A stretch of DNA of 64,000 nt from Octopus sinensis. Lineage: Eukaryota. Below are positions 50,766 through 63,810 of the stretch, one piece after another. Each line of letters begins with the position of its first letter. The stretch's first letter is position 1. The DNA is taken from NCBI RefSeq assembly GCF_006345805.1, contig NC_042998.1, forward strand, positions 80,848,001 through 80,912,000, read 5' to 3'. Below the pieces are notes generated by a model that worked only from the letters and a program-made list of their open reading frames with translations, was not told the origin of the DNA and made no database searches. A program made the position numbers and the translations under genes.

Positions 50766-51623
50766 TACTAAGTAATTAAGGGTTTAGCAACGTTTTGCCT
50801 CACCACACACCGAATTTAGAAATAGCAGTCAAAGAGTTATAGCTATTCTTTCTACTAAAAGGGAGATCTCAGTAAAACCACAGCACTTGAAAGGCAAACA
50901 CAGACAGGCAAGAGAGAAAGAAATGACGGCAATCTATCATACAATTTTAAGTCACCTACGGACGTACGTTTCGAAATTAAGTTTTAGGAAAGCATAAGAA
51001 TTAGATAATTATGTCTTACCCAACTCTCTTTTCTCATCAGCGTAGGACACTACAATTATGAATAATTGTATATTAAATTTCGAGGGGTACTAGAAGACAT
51101 CATCTCAACTCAGTATCAGAGCGAGCTAAAGCCGTTACCAGTATCACAAATTCAAAGTGTGAATGAAAGTTTGTGTCACCAACCCCCTCCCACCAGCGTG
51201 CAGCCAGCCAAGACAAGATGTTGTGGTCATTTACTGGGATGAAATATGGTTATCAGTAATAATATAGGGTGAAATTAATTATTTGGAATAATCATTAATT
51301 TCACCAAGTAGATTTCGGCATGTAAAAGCCTCATTCGAGGAAAGTTTAAGTAATACTAAGTAATTAAGGGTTTAGCAATGATTTGCCTCACCACACACCG
51401 AATTAGAAATAGCAGTCAAAGAGTTATAGCTTCTTTCTACTAAAAGGGAGATCTCAGTAAAACCACAGCACTTCGGTGTGTGGTGAGGCAAATCGTTGCT
51501 AAACCCTTAATTACTTAGTATTACTTAAACTTTCCTCGAATGAGGCTTTTACATGCCGAAATCTACTTGGTGAAATTAATGATTATTCCAATTAATTAAT
51601 TTCACCCTATATTATTACTGATA
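50765..51623. repeat. Family D locus: direct partial copy 50765-50888, then palindrome with arms 51251-51402 and 51472-51623
   Basis: About 152-bp arms with two mismatches seen, 69-bp spacer; 50765-50888 repeats about 51353-51473. Confidence 0.9.
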
Positions 51624-51694
51624 TATATATAATATATATATATATAAAAATATAATATATATATATATTAATATATATATATATATATATATAA

Positions 51695-51762
<68 letters not shown>

Positions 51763-52157
51763 ATATAATATATATTATATATTTATATATATAATATATA
51801 TCGTTGCTATTATGCAAAACTTTTAGTGTAGTCCAAAGCGTTGCTTTCAGAAAACAAAAAAGTAGTTTCACCATTTCTGTTTTACTACACTTTGAAAATT
51901 TTTGATATCTTGGCATCTGAAGCAACTGGAGATACGATGGTTTAACCAAAGGAACAGGCTATTGCAAGCAAAAGTAAGTATTGAAAAAGAAAACGCATTT
52001 GGTCAAATTTGGACATACGACAGTTTAACATAATATTTATAATAGGCGGAAGAAAAATTGTTCAAACTTTGGAGGCAAAGACACTCCCCCAAACAGCAGT
52101 TCTCACAATTATTATTGAATCGAGGGATTTATTTAAAGTAAATTGAAACAAATAAAG

Positions 52158-52204
<47 letters not shown>

Positions 52205-52251
52205 ATATATATATATATTATATATATACTATATATATAATAATATATATA

Positions 52252-52370
52252 TGTCGAAGAGCGTAGGCTCGAAACGTAAAAGACTTTTCTATTTCTATTC
52301 CTGAGCGCTATACTAATACATTTGTTTCCACCTGCCTTCGTCTTTTGTTCATTTTCGTAAACTTTCCCGT
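52252..52370 (+). mobile_element. Family C Penelope-like terminal fragment, 5' truncated by (TA)n
   Basis: tgtcgaagagcgtaggctcgaaacgtaaaagac...ctgagcgctatactaat...cctgccttcgtcttttg, matches 34662-34790 reversed. Confidence 0.55.
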
Positions 52371-53009
52371 TATATATATATATATATATATATATATTTC
52401 GTTTTGGGATTTGGTTTGCAAGATTCTGTATGTAAGTATTTAGATATGTTAATAAAAAGATCAATATACAGACGGATAGGTATATAGACTATATGAACAG
52501 ACACATATGGAGACACGGATCCACACATATAAAGATACACATCCATACATACAAACACGGTACATAGTTACATAACACACACACACACACACACAAGGAG
52601 ACAGAGGTGCATACATATACAGACACGTGCTCACACACACATAGAAAATACACAAACACGGACAGGCCAGCACATAGATATGCAGGATACGTACATACAG
52701 ATGCACACACATACATACATATGCATACACACACATATATACATACACATTCAAACACACACACACATACGTACATGCATGCATGTATAGGCACACACAC
52801 ATACTGACCCACTGACCCATACACATGCGTTCAAACAAACAAAAGGGAACGCACTGTAAATAACGGACAGAGTCAAGACTATTGAAAAGATTGCAAGACG
52901 CAACGAAAATTTTAGAAAATAAAAATAAGAAATAAGTGGAAATTTTACCGGTGAGTGTGTTAAATAATAAGGCACTAAAAGAGAATGACTCTCCCCAGAC
53001 ACAACAGAA

Positions 53010-53050
<41 letters not shown>

Positions 53051-53053
<3 letters not shown>

Positions 53054-53176
53054 AATCATTTGATTGTGGCCATGCTGGTGCACCGCCTTTAGTTGAACAA
53101 ATCAACCCCAAGACTTATTCTTTGTAAGCCCAGTACTTATTTTATTTGTCTTTTTTTGCCGAACCGCTAATGTTAC
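53051..53176 (-). mobile_element. SINE family 1, 3' fragment
   Basis: tgtggccatgctggtgcaccgcctttagt..tttgccgaaccgctaa, reverse of about 16160-16285. Decayed pieces also at about 6285-6500, 19420-19560, 30355-30391 and 31790-32440. Confidence 0.75.
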
Positions 53177-53489
53177 TACTATATATATAGTAGTAACAGA
53201 AAAGAAGAATTTTGATTATCCCCACGTCGTGAGTTGTAATGTATTACCGAAAGCTGAACAGTTATCTCCCTTACCCACAACAATAACAATAATAACGACA
53301 ACCAATTACCTCCCTTTATTTATCTACTTGTGAATTTCATCACACACAACATGGACCAAATTTCTTCTTAAGAAAAAATATATTCAAATAAGTAAAACAC
53401 AATATCATGAATAGCGATAGCGAAACCGGTCGATTTATTAAAAATTATATTAAAACTATGTAAGTGTGCGTATTTTCCTTTTTTAATTT

Positions 53490-53555
<66 letters not shown>

Positions 53556-53868
53556 ATACATTACTACTTTTTCATTTAAGTATGGTACTCTTTTAAACAT
53601 TTATTACTCCCTGCATTCCATAATTTTTAAACGAAATGTCTTTCTATATATATATTTTATTTTACCCATCTATATTTTTATCTATTCTCCATTATATTTA
53701 TATATGCATATATTTATTTGGCCTTGCATATTTTTAACATGCATATATATATTTATATTTTGGGTGAGATGTGATTCCTCCCGTCTTGAGCATGAGTAGT
53801 AAAGATTTTGGAGCCTGTACGCCGCGTCAGTTCCATGTGTTCGTCGGATTTTTGCTTTCCCTTAACGT

Positions 53869-54560
53869 ATCGAGCAGAGGTTTTGCCAAAAGCTTGGTGA
53901 TACACAAGCTCAAATGATCCAGAAGATCCAGAGGGCCTTAGGCGATGATATCATTTGCAAACTTCAGATCAAGGAGTGGTATAATCACTTCAAACATGGC
54001 TGCACCTCAATGGAGATCAAGGCACGCTTAAATAGGCAGACCACAAGTCGAAATGAAGAGACAATTGGGAAGGTCCAGTGAATAATCATGGAAGATCGTT
54101 GTGTAACAGTTCAAGAAATTGTAGGGAATAAGCACAGAATCAATGCATTTTAATTTAATGGCAGATTTGCACATGCAGACATTGACGGTGAAATTCATAA
54201 CCAATGTACTGGTGGAGCAGAAGATGCAACTATGCACGGAAAGTGCTAAAAACTTGCTGGACTGTGCAACCCACGACCCAGATTTCATGAAAACCATCAT
54301 CAGTGGTGATGAGACATGAGTCCATGGTCTCTGCCCAATGTGTTCAGTCGTCTTGCGTGAAAACGAGAATCCGACGTGCGCGCAGTGCATGTTTGAACTC
54401 TAGGTGCCACAGAACGGTAACTAATGCAGCCTGCAGAGAAAACAGCTTCACGCATGGACAGAAAAGGTAGTGTCACCTCCCAACCAAACGATTTTGTCCA
54501 TGCGGCATTTTTGTGGGGCGGGCAAAATAACGTTGTATACTTTTTGGACGTACATCCTAT
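53869..54560 (+). mobile_element. Decayed, internally deleted mariner (N-terminal half of the transposase)
   Basis: IEQRFCQKLGDTQAQMIQKIQRALGDD..IKEWYNHFKHG..MEDRCVTVQEIV..PDFMKTIISGDET* (to about 54327); TIR-like actttttggacgtacatccta at about 54539-54559. Confidence 0.85.
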
Positions 54561-54847
54561 ACGCTCGAGCGTCAATTGATGATGTGAGTATAATACTTTT
54601 GCGACTGATGATGTATGCTGTTTTCTAATGAAACATCAATTGATGATGTCAGCCGTTTAAGTATTAAATAAAAAAGGCTGTTGATGATGCATTCGTACAT
54701 ACGTACATACATGTATATGCATACATACGTGTATATATGTATGTATATATATATGTGCATGTATATATATATACATCTATATGCATATATATGTGTATGT
54801 ATGTATGTATATATATATATATATATGCGCATACATACATACTTATA

Positions 54848-54904
<57 letters not shown>

Positions 54905-54969
54905 CACACATATCTCATATGTATTTATATCATATATATATCATATCAATATAAATACACAAGCGTATC

Positions 54970-55029
<60 letters not shown>

Positions 55030-55781
55030 ATCTTGTGTGTGTGTGTGGTGTGTGTGTGTGTGTATGTATATCTATCTACACACACACACACATGTACACA
55101 CATACACACACACCCACCTATGTATGTATAGATTGCTTGAAGTGGTTTACATATTTTACATATTAAAAAAAAAGAAGTAGTCACAATTTTGCAGAATTAT
55201 TTATATATCGCTTTCATCTTGTGCCAGAGATTCATCATGAATCTATCTTTGAAACGAAATGAAAGCGCTAAATAAATATTTATCCAAAATTCTAACTACC
55301 TGCTTTTTGCTTTACACACACACACACACATACACACAGCACCTCCCCCATATAACACACCCAACCACACAACATCCCACCTCACCCAAAACACAACACA
55401 CCCACCCACACAACACACAACACACTCACACACAACACCCACCCATAACCTATATAAACTATATAAAGGGCATGAATATATATGAAGCGAACCCATACAC
55501 ACAATCACATATACATGAAACTTCATGGACAGCCTAAACAAGTTCACAATACAACTAGCACAGTCAGCGGTAGCGGCGGTACCAACGATAGCAATAGCAA
55601 CAACAACCACCACGATGGCTACACCGTGGACGAACACACATACACATACATTTTTTTCGGGTCTTTGGACAGCAGCACAATGGGGTGCGAGGATGGGGCT
55701 GAGGAGAAGGCCACACTGCTGCTAAAAACTATGACACACACACAAGTGTACACACACACACACAAACAAGGAAACAACCAC

Positions 55782-56075
55782 ATGCGAACATAAGGATGCA
55801 CATCTTAGAAATACAGAGTGGAGTAAGAGGAGCAAGAACACACGAAAACAAAAATTGTCGCTGAAGAGGTCACAGATGTGTGACGAAAGATTTTCGGACA
55901 ATGGACATAGGTTAAAATAATAAAATAAGAACAGTAATAAACTAGTAAAGACAAAAAATATAATGCGAGTGTTTATTCCCCCCCCCCAAAAAAAAATGTC
56001 CATCCCGAAATACAACAATATCTATTTCAACATACGATTTCACAGGAATCTTGGAGAACGAATTGATAAGCGTTT
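55782..56075 (+). mobile_element. Family B element copy
   Basis: ggagtaag..gagcaagaacacacgaaaac...ggacaatggacat...cccgaaatacaacaatatct shared with 40566-40800. Confidence 0.65.
55854..55902 (+). ncRNA. Type I hammerhead-like motif, family B
   Basis: attgtcg-CTGAAGA-g-gtcaca(gatg)tgtgac-GAAAGATTTT-cg(g)acaat; sister copies have TTC at the cleavage triplet. Confidence 0.55.
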
Positions 56076-56292
56076 ATACATACATACATACATACATACA
56101 TACATACATACATACATACATACATACATACATACATAAATACATACATACATACATACGTACATACATACATAACATACATACATACATGTATGCATAC
56201 ATACATGAATGCATACATACATACATATATATATATATGTATATATGTATATATATGGATATATATACATATATTTATGTATATATACGTAT

Positions 56293-56327
<35 letters not shown>

Positions 56328-56512
56328 CGGGTGTGTGTGATTGTGTATAGAAGAATATATTAATAAAAGGAATTCCAGCCTTGTCTGATTTTCACGTTTT
56401 ATTTACAATCTTATAATGATATAATATAATATAATATAATATAATAAAATAAAATAAAATAATAGAATGTTAAATATTCATTCTGATTGAACTAGTACTT
56501 TCATGCATTAAT

Positions 56513-56629
56513 TTCTGCAATCTTCAGGTTCATGTAGTAATGGTGACAGTCATGCTTCACAATTTTTGACAGTCAAAAATTGTGAAGCATGACTGTCACC
56601 ACTACTACATGAACCTGAAGATTGCAGAA
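56513..56629. repeat. Near-perfect 117-bp palindrome (58-bp arms, 1-nt spacer, one mismatch)
   Basis: Arms 56513-56570 and 56572-56629 compared base by base. Confidence 0.95.
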
Positions 56630-56641
56630 TTGCATAATCTA

Positions 56642-56863
56642 GGGGGCAAACACAGACACACAAACACACACACGCATATATATACATATATACATATATA
56701 CGACGGGCTTTTTTCAGTTTCCGTCTACCAAATCCACTCACAAGGCTTTGGTCGGCCCGAGGCTATAGTAGAAGACACTTGCCCAAGGTGCCACGCAGTG
56801 GGACTGAACCCGGAACCATGTGGTTGGTAAACAAGCTACTTACCACACAGCCACTCCTGCGCC
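56642..56863 (-). mobile_element. SINE family 1, 5' half
   Basis: Reverse complement of the family 1 head and body. Confidence 0.85.
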
Positions 56864-56934
56864 TGCATATGTATATATGTATATATATACTTATATATAT
56901 GTATATATATATATATATCCTTAATCCTTTAAAA

Positions 56935-57442
56935 TGTTTCAGCCCGAAAGCTGCGGCCATGCTGGGGCACCACCGTTGAATGAGCTAAACTAGTATGTGA
57001 AACCACCTCTGATACGTGGCACTTGATCAACAAGGGAGTTCGACGCCGCTGTCCGCATCTGTGTTTCCTGCCGATAGGTAGGTTCATCTGGAACCCCCGA
57101 CAAGAAGATATCCAGTTTAGTTTTAAAGAAACCCATATCCACACCATACAGGTCTTTCAGGCATTTAGGAAGGATATTGAAGAGCTGTGGTCCCCTGAAA
57201 CCCAAGCTGTTGCAGTATCTGGTCCTGTATTTTGAGGGTGATGTTGGGATCTTTGGCACCATGCAGTGGCGCCTCGTAACTTTCAATGCCAAAATTCGGG
57301 ACAAGATCCTCCAAGATCTTCCAGATATATATTACTGCATATCTCTCCCGCCTTCGCTCCAGTGAAAAGATTTTTAATACTTTCAGTCTTTCCTAGTAGC
57401 TGATATGTTGCATTGAGACGATCTTCTTAGTGTAGCTTCGTA

Positions 57443-57444
<2 letters not shown>
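56935..57444 (-). mobile_element. CR1-clade LINE 3' fragment, second subfamily
   Basis: YCNSLGFRGPQLFNILPKCLKDL..FKTKLDIFLSGVPDEPT..AASNSL, homologous to about 35080-35480. Confidence 0.88.
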
Positions 57445-57477
<33 letters not shown>

Positions 57478-57599
57478 CTTCTAGAATCTTCTACATTCAA
57501 CCATTTTTGACGTCACTACTTATAACGGAATATTTTAAAGAAACACTCATTATCGCTATGGGCTCCGTGTGGGCAGTCATCTAAAAGTTTTTGTGCATC

Positions 57600-57748
57600 T
57601 TGATGCTGACATAAGTTCCTTGTTTTTCCTGATGAGAAAGCGGCATAATGCACTCCTTATTCCTTCGAAATTTGGAATATGCAGCCTTCGAAACATATGT
57701 CGAAAATAAAGGAATTTTGTTAATTCGTCGTTCAACTCCATTCTTTCA
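57600..57748 (+). mobile_element. Family A element copy
   Basis: Colinear with 46430-46562, including the hammerhead and the downstream aaaggaattttgt...ttcaactccattctttc. 5' limit approximate. Confidence 0.6.
57615..57714 (+). ncRNA. Type I hammerhead ribozyme, family A, predicted cleavage after GUC at 57701
   Basis: Helix I ttttc/gaaaa, extended past an internal loop by ttcctt/aaggaa; CTGATGA 57629-35; helix II gaa(a)gc/gc(c)ttc; GAAA 57690-93; ACATATGT-C. Confidence 0.75.
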
Positions 57749-57908
57749 TTTATTTGTATATATATATATACATAATACATATATATATTTATACATAATA
57801 TACCTATATTATATACCATTATAACTATAAGATATATTAATTTTTTTCCTTTTCTATGTATACATATATACATATATGTATACATATACATATATATGTA
57901 TATATATA

Positions 57909-57976
<68 letters not shown>

Positions 57977-60225
57977 TATATATATGTATACATATATATA
58001 TATATATGTATACATACATATATGTATACATACACATATACTGACATGTATATATATATATACATATGTATATATCAGTCTATCAAACTATCTATCTATA
58101 TATAGTTATACTAACACTATCAATACACGAGCTAACGATCTTTTTTAATGAAATGCGAATGTTTAGTATTTTTTTAGTAAAATTTATTTTTCCTTATCCA
58201 ATTACAACATTCTTTCGTCATGATGTAGACATACCCTATTTTAGCTGAATGTTCTCTTCATTAAAGTTTTGAAAAATTGGATGCATTGATCTTTTTTTAT
58301 AGCATTTTTATATTGATTTATTGAGTAATTTGTGGTGATATAATGGTTAGAGTTAAGCTCATTAGAAGCAAAATTCCTCGTTAAAAATTAACAATTAAAT
58401 TTGATTTTTTGAGTCGGCTGACACCGCTTATTAGCAATATCTTCATTGTTGTAGTTGTGTTGGTGGATCTCCGTCGTTTGACGATGAGGATTCAAATGTT
58501 TTATCAAAGGGATTATGTGTACCTGAATTAATGTGTGAGTGGTTGAGTACTTCAAAGATGTGTGTATTCTTAACAGTAATTCTCAGGTACATTCTGCCTA
58601 CAAAAATGTAACCTAGAATTTTCAACTGATGTTTAGGAAGATTTTAAAATAATCATTAGATTTTAGTTGCTAAGAATATAAAACAAATGGCACAATTTCT
58701 GGTGTTCTTCTGATAATAAAATTTCTAAATACTATAATGGTTCACATCTTGGACAGTAAACACAAGATTACATCGACCCTATTACATAACACGTGCTGAT
58801 TTTATTGATCTCTGAGAAATGAATTGCAATTTTACACTGATCCTAGATTTAATCAGACCTCTTCCATGATTCGAACCACATTTCACGCTTTATATACTTC
58901 AACATGATACACCAAAAAATTGCTCGGGAGCATTTGGGTAGTGGTTAAACGGAATATGAAGGCCCCCCACGTTCCTTTTAGAGTAGAATCTCTCCAATAT
59001 TCATGTAATTCGAACGTGGTCTTTACCACAAGTCTATGCTGATATTTCATATCTCGTTAAACAAACACGTTAGCTTGTTTGTTTCCTTCTGCATTATGCA
59101 TTAAACTGCGCTTAAAAGTTTTGCTTCATTGGACCAATAAATGTTAAACATATGCTTTGCTTTAAACATAATTTCTTCTTGTGTTGGTTGCTTTCTCTGA
59201 TTCTTTCTCTTTTCCGGACAATTTCTATGTCATCTCTGTTGTCACAAAACTGGGCAGAACTAGGAGGGAAGAAGAATTTGATTTATTGGCACTCGACTAA
59301 CTGGTGTGCCAGAAAGCATTTTGGTTTCTTTTTCATTCGTCAGTTCTTGGTTTTTGGTTAAGATGATATGTTTTTCGGAATCGTCACTGCTTGTACCCAA
59401 ATAGAAAAGTGTTGCGGCTTGTTTGTTTTTACTGTTATTTCTATATCTGTTGCTTACTGTCTGTTTTTCTGTATCTTCCGAATAGAAAGCCCTTAAATGC
59501 CCTCACAGTAACACAAGTAGCAGTTGATCTCTCTACTCTGCATCATTAGTCTTAATCTTTTTCTTCCTGCATTTATGACAAAGCACAGTTCTGGAATAAT
59601 TTTTAGAAAAAATTAAGACAAAGACTTCAGCGATTGCTTTGCTTCAGCTAACGCATGATTAATTGGATGCCCAGCCATGGCCAGTTAAGTGTTGTGGACA
59701 TATTTGAGAAGCAAGTGCTATTCTGATTTGCTTAGATATAGTGGGATGGTGTTTCTGCTTCTGTTAAAGTGGTTGCTATTTTTTCAAATATAATTGACAC
59801 ACGACAGATGTCCAAACGCAAACACGGAAGTACGTATAATACTACTACTAAATAGCACAGGATGAAATCTGGTGGACGAGTTTTATACTGTACTCTACTA
59901 CGTTCTTAACAGAATATACCATAACTATATATATATATATATATATATAATTTTAAATTAACCTTCGCGTAAACCAATTGGTTCATTTTGTTCTCTTACT
60001 TTATTATTATTATCATCTTATAATCATCTCATAATAATGACCTTTATGACTCGTATTACTACCTCAGTCAATCTAAATGTATATATTTGTAACTACCTGT
60101 CATAAATAGCCTTTTTCTATCTGCAATATGCATTTTCGTTGATTTTTCATATTTTACCCTTACATTTCCACGTGTATTTTATATTTTCTTTTCGTAACAT
60201 ATTTCTACTATATATATGTATATAT

Positions 60226-60547
60226 GTTTATCAATTTGCGTTGCAAGATTCCTGACGTGAACTCGTGTGTTGAAACAGATATTGTTGTATTTCGGGATTT
60301 TTTTCAAAATAAACACACGCACTATATATTTGTTTATATCCATTCTGAAGAGCAGAACGGAGTAAGTGGGGCAAGAGCACACACGAAAACGAAGAGTGTT
60401 GCTTAAGAGGAAACAGATGTGTCACGAAAGATTTCCGGACAATGGACATGAGTTTAAATAAGAACAGCCATAAACGAGTGAAGAACAAATATATAGTGCG
60501 TGTGTTTATTTGGCAAAAAAAAATGACCGTCCCGAAATACAGCAATA
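60226..60547 (+). mobile_element. Family B fold-back copy (core mutated to CTTAAGA)
   Basis: Inverted partial copy at about 60226-60335, then the sense unit at about 60357-60547. Confidence 0.6.
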
Positions 60548-61131
60548 TATATATATAATACATACAAACCTACATATATATGTGTATATATTTATATATT
60601 TGCATACGTTCTATATACTCTCTATCTCTTACAGACACACGCATACACGCCCACCCAAACACATACACACGCACACACACAAATATGTATGCACATGTGT
60701 TAAATGATAACTTTTATATTCTACCTAGCAACTTATTTTCATTTATTTATTTTATTATATTTATATTTTTGTTTTTGGTTGTGAAAGTGAAACGCAAAGA
60801 ACAGCACCTTCTTGAGGTATATATTCTGTGAAATAGATCTTAGAGTTAGCGAACACTTTTTGTGCTTAGATCTGAAGATTCGTAACTTAGCTGTATTACA
60901 GGAATAATAATAATGGCACGATGCTTTATTTTATATTTGTTATATTTTATATATCAATGTTTCGGAAATGATCTGCTGCTAAAATGGTGAAGAAGCAATT
61001 GTAGTATTACGCAATAAAACGTGTGGCGTAATTATTTTTCTCATAACCATAGATTTATATATACTCATATATACATGTAAGTTTGCGTACACACACACAT
61101 ATGCATGTATATATATATACATACACACGTG

Positions 61132-61226
<95 letters not shown>

Positions 61227-62168
61227 ATTATTTGCATGTGTGTATATGTGCAAGTGAGGAAGCGATGTATAGCAGAAAAATGAAAGTATTGTTTAGCCAT
61301 TCGTTTTGAAATTTTGCGATTCAATCTGTTATTGTTATGAGATTTGTTATTACAATTTTAATATATTGAAGTATATTCGTTCTTCTGTTTTTACATGCTG
61401 TTTTTACGTTTTCTATTAACGATATTCAATTTCATTTTTCCCTACTTATTTTATTTTGTTTTGTTTTATTCATTTTAACTCTTCAGCTTTCGAGAGTATC
61501 TTGAGCTTCTTTGAATTTTTTTCATTATTTTTCTTCACATTTTTTTCAATTTTATAAATAAAATATTCTTTTAAAACTCATAACTGTTTTCTTGTTCTAT
61601 TGCCTATTATTTATTTGATATGATTTTCAATCGTTTTTATGGCATTAATTACGTTTTAAAACTGGACTTTCATAAATCTAAACCAAATATTGTTTATCTA
61701 GAGAAGCGCATTATTCTTGTTTACTTCTTGTTGCTGCAGAGTTTCCTAAAGCACAAATATATTTCAGTGTACAAGAAGGGAATAAGATGTGTGTATTGAC
61801 AAAGTACAAGAACTTAAATTGTCTTCAACCGGAAATTGAAATCATATTCTAGTGTTAACTTATACCTACCACTTTGTTGGTTAAGGACGTTTAGAAATTA
61901 AAAACAAATTTCTAATTCAGGCACAAGGCCTTAATGTTTTAAATTTTGGTTGCTATCCATTTATTTGTTTAAGCGTGTATGGAAAGAGTTGGTTAATTCT
62001 ACCCTAGTACATGAAGAATGATTTATTTTAACTCCTCCCAACAAAATTAAAAGGAACGTCGTCTATGTAGGATTTCCACTACATAGCTAATAATTGTCTT
62101 GTAATATTTCTTGCATTTACTGCAGTTGGCAGTAAATATGACAGATAACCTATGGTATATGACGCATG

Positions 62169-62277
<109 letters not shown>

Positions 62278-62292
62278 TTGTTAAACCAGACA

Positions 62293-62402
62293 ACAAACGC
62301 TAAGGCAAGACAAGAATCTCAAGTCATATACATTAATACTATTAGAATATACGTAATAATAACGTTTATGACTTGAGATGCTTGTCTTGCCTTAGCGTTT
62401 GT
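62293..62402. repeat. 36-bp inverted repeat, one mismatch
   Basis: Arms 62293-62328 and 62367-62402. Confidence 0.9.
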
Positions 62403-63614
62403 AGTCCTATTTAACAAATATATATCCGCTATATTGGGAATCTACAATGGCTCCATAATTCCCGTCTCGGCAATGAGCTTGGGGCCCTGGTAATCCGTTA
62501 CAGCACTTACCCAGCGTACGTAGTCGCTTAGATCACCTGTGGACTGAACCCCCCATATTTTGTATACATATATATAATATAAACCTTTGATAATTGACGT
62601 GTTTTGATTCTATTCAATGAGCTACAGTGCAGAACTATTCTGTAATATAAATGTGCAGTAATTAATACTACTTGAAGTTATTTTGCTATCCTCGTTCGAC
62701 GAGTGGATGTTAGCCTGCATTTCAAGTTAAGTAAATGTTGGTTTACATTTCAAGGCTACAATGTATTTCAAGAACACAACATTGCGAATCTAACTGCGTA
62801 GTTTTTTTTTTTGTGGGAATGTTCCTTATACTGGCAAAGAGCTTCAATAAAATCATTGTAAAGCAACGGTAATTAGGTACCTGGTATATAACAAAAGATA
62901 TTGTTACTTATACAAAGCTAACTTATTGTTTGCTCCTTTACCAGAAGAAAATTCCAGTCAGAAATGTATCTACTTCTGCTTGCATTTAAGAAATGAAAGG
63001 CGATATTCTTGGGTTGCATAATAAATGACAAAACACCATAAAAAATTGAGTGCAGTATGAAATATTTTGAACGGTTGACTGTGACTCTGTCCAATTTAAT
63101 AGTTGGTTTAAACAATTTGAAATATTACTGTGTACTTGGTGGAGCCATGGTTACTATAATCTTACCTGTAACAACATATAGTGTTGATAGCTACACGAAA
63201 AGGCAGCTCATTAGTATTGAAATAAATTTAATGGAAGACACTATTTACTCATTATAACTATAAGGTATATAATAGGACAAATGTGAGTTTGATTCCTTTT
63301 CTTGTATTACTCAGATAAAAGCGCAGTATAGTCGAATATTTAACAAGTTCACTTCGCAACTACGAGATCTGTGTTCGATTCTCCTACGTGGAATTTGAAG
63401 TGGATGCTATTTTCTATAGCCTCGAGTCGATTTATTCTTGTAAGTGAAATTGGGAAGATTGTGGATTGTACTTGTACACAGTGTGTGTTACACTGATTCG
63501 GTCTGTGAATTACGTTCAGAGTACATTCGTCTGAGAATGCCAGGGAAATTATACCTTAAATCCAGGAGCAATTAATTCGATCGAACGATTGAATGCCGAT
63601 CATTAAACAACAGA

Positions 63615-63705
63615 AATTCCACCACCACCGCCGTCGCCATCGCCACCACCATCACCACTACCACCAGCACCAGCACCGGTGCCAGCAGCACCACTGCTAC
63701 CGTCA

Positions 63706-63739
<34 letters not shown>

Positions 63740-63810
63740 GCCGTCGTTGTCATCTTCTTCAGCTTCCTTATCCTCATCTTGATCATCCCCCACCACCATC
63801 GTCCTCCTTG
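63615..63810. repeat. Compound (CCA/CAG/CAT)n low-complexity tract
   Basis: Directly visible; source of the His/Ile/Asp-run ORFs at 63572-63976. Confidence 0.85.

Noticed and set aside
54601-54655. CTGATGA...GAAACATC-AATTGAT-GATGTC hammerhead-like string
   Set aside because: Core and helix III are present, but helices I and II cannot be paired; at most a decayed copy.
56495-56532. Minus-strand CTGAAGA-ttgca-GAAA within the palindrome
   Set aside because: No room for helix II, and helix III does not pair.
58860-59830. Higher-complexity stretch that might be an exon or LINE relic
   Set aside because: Frames are interrupted by stops, and no motif was recognised.
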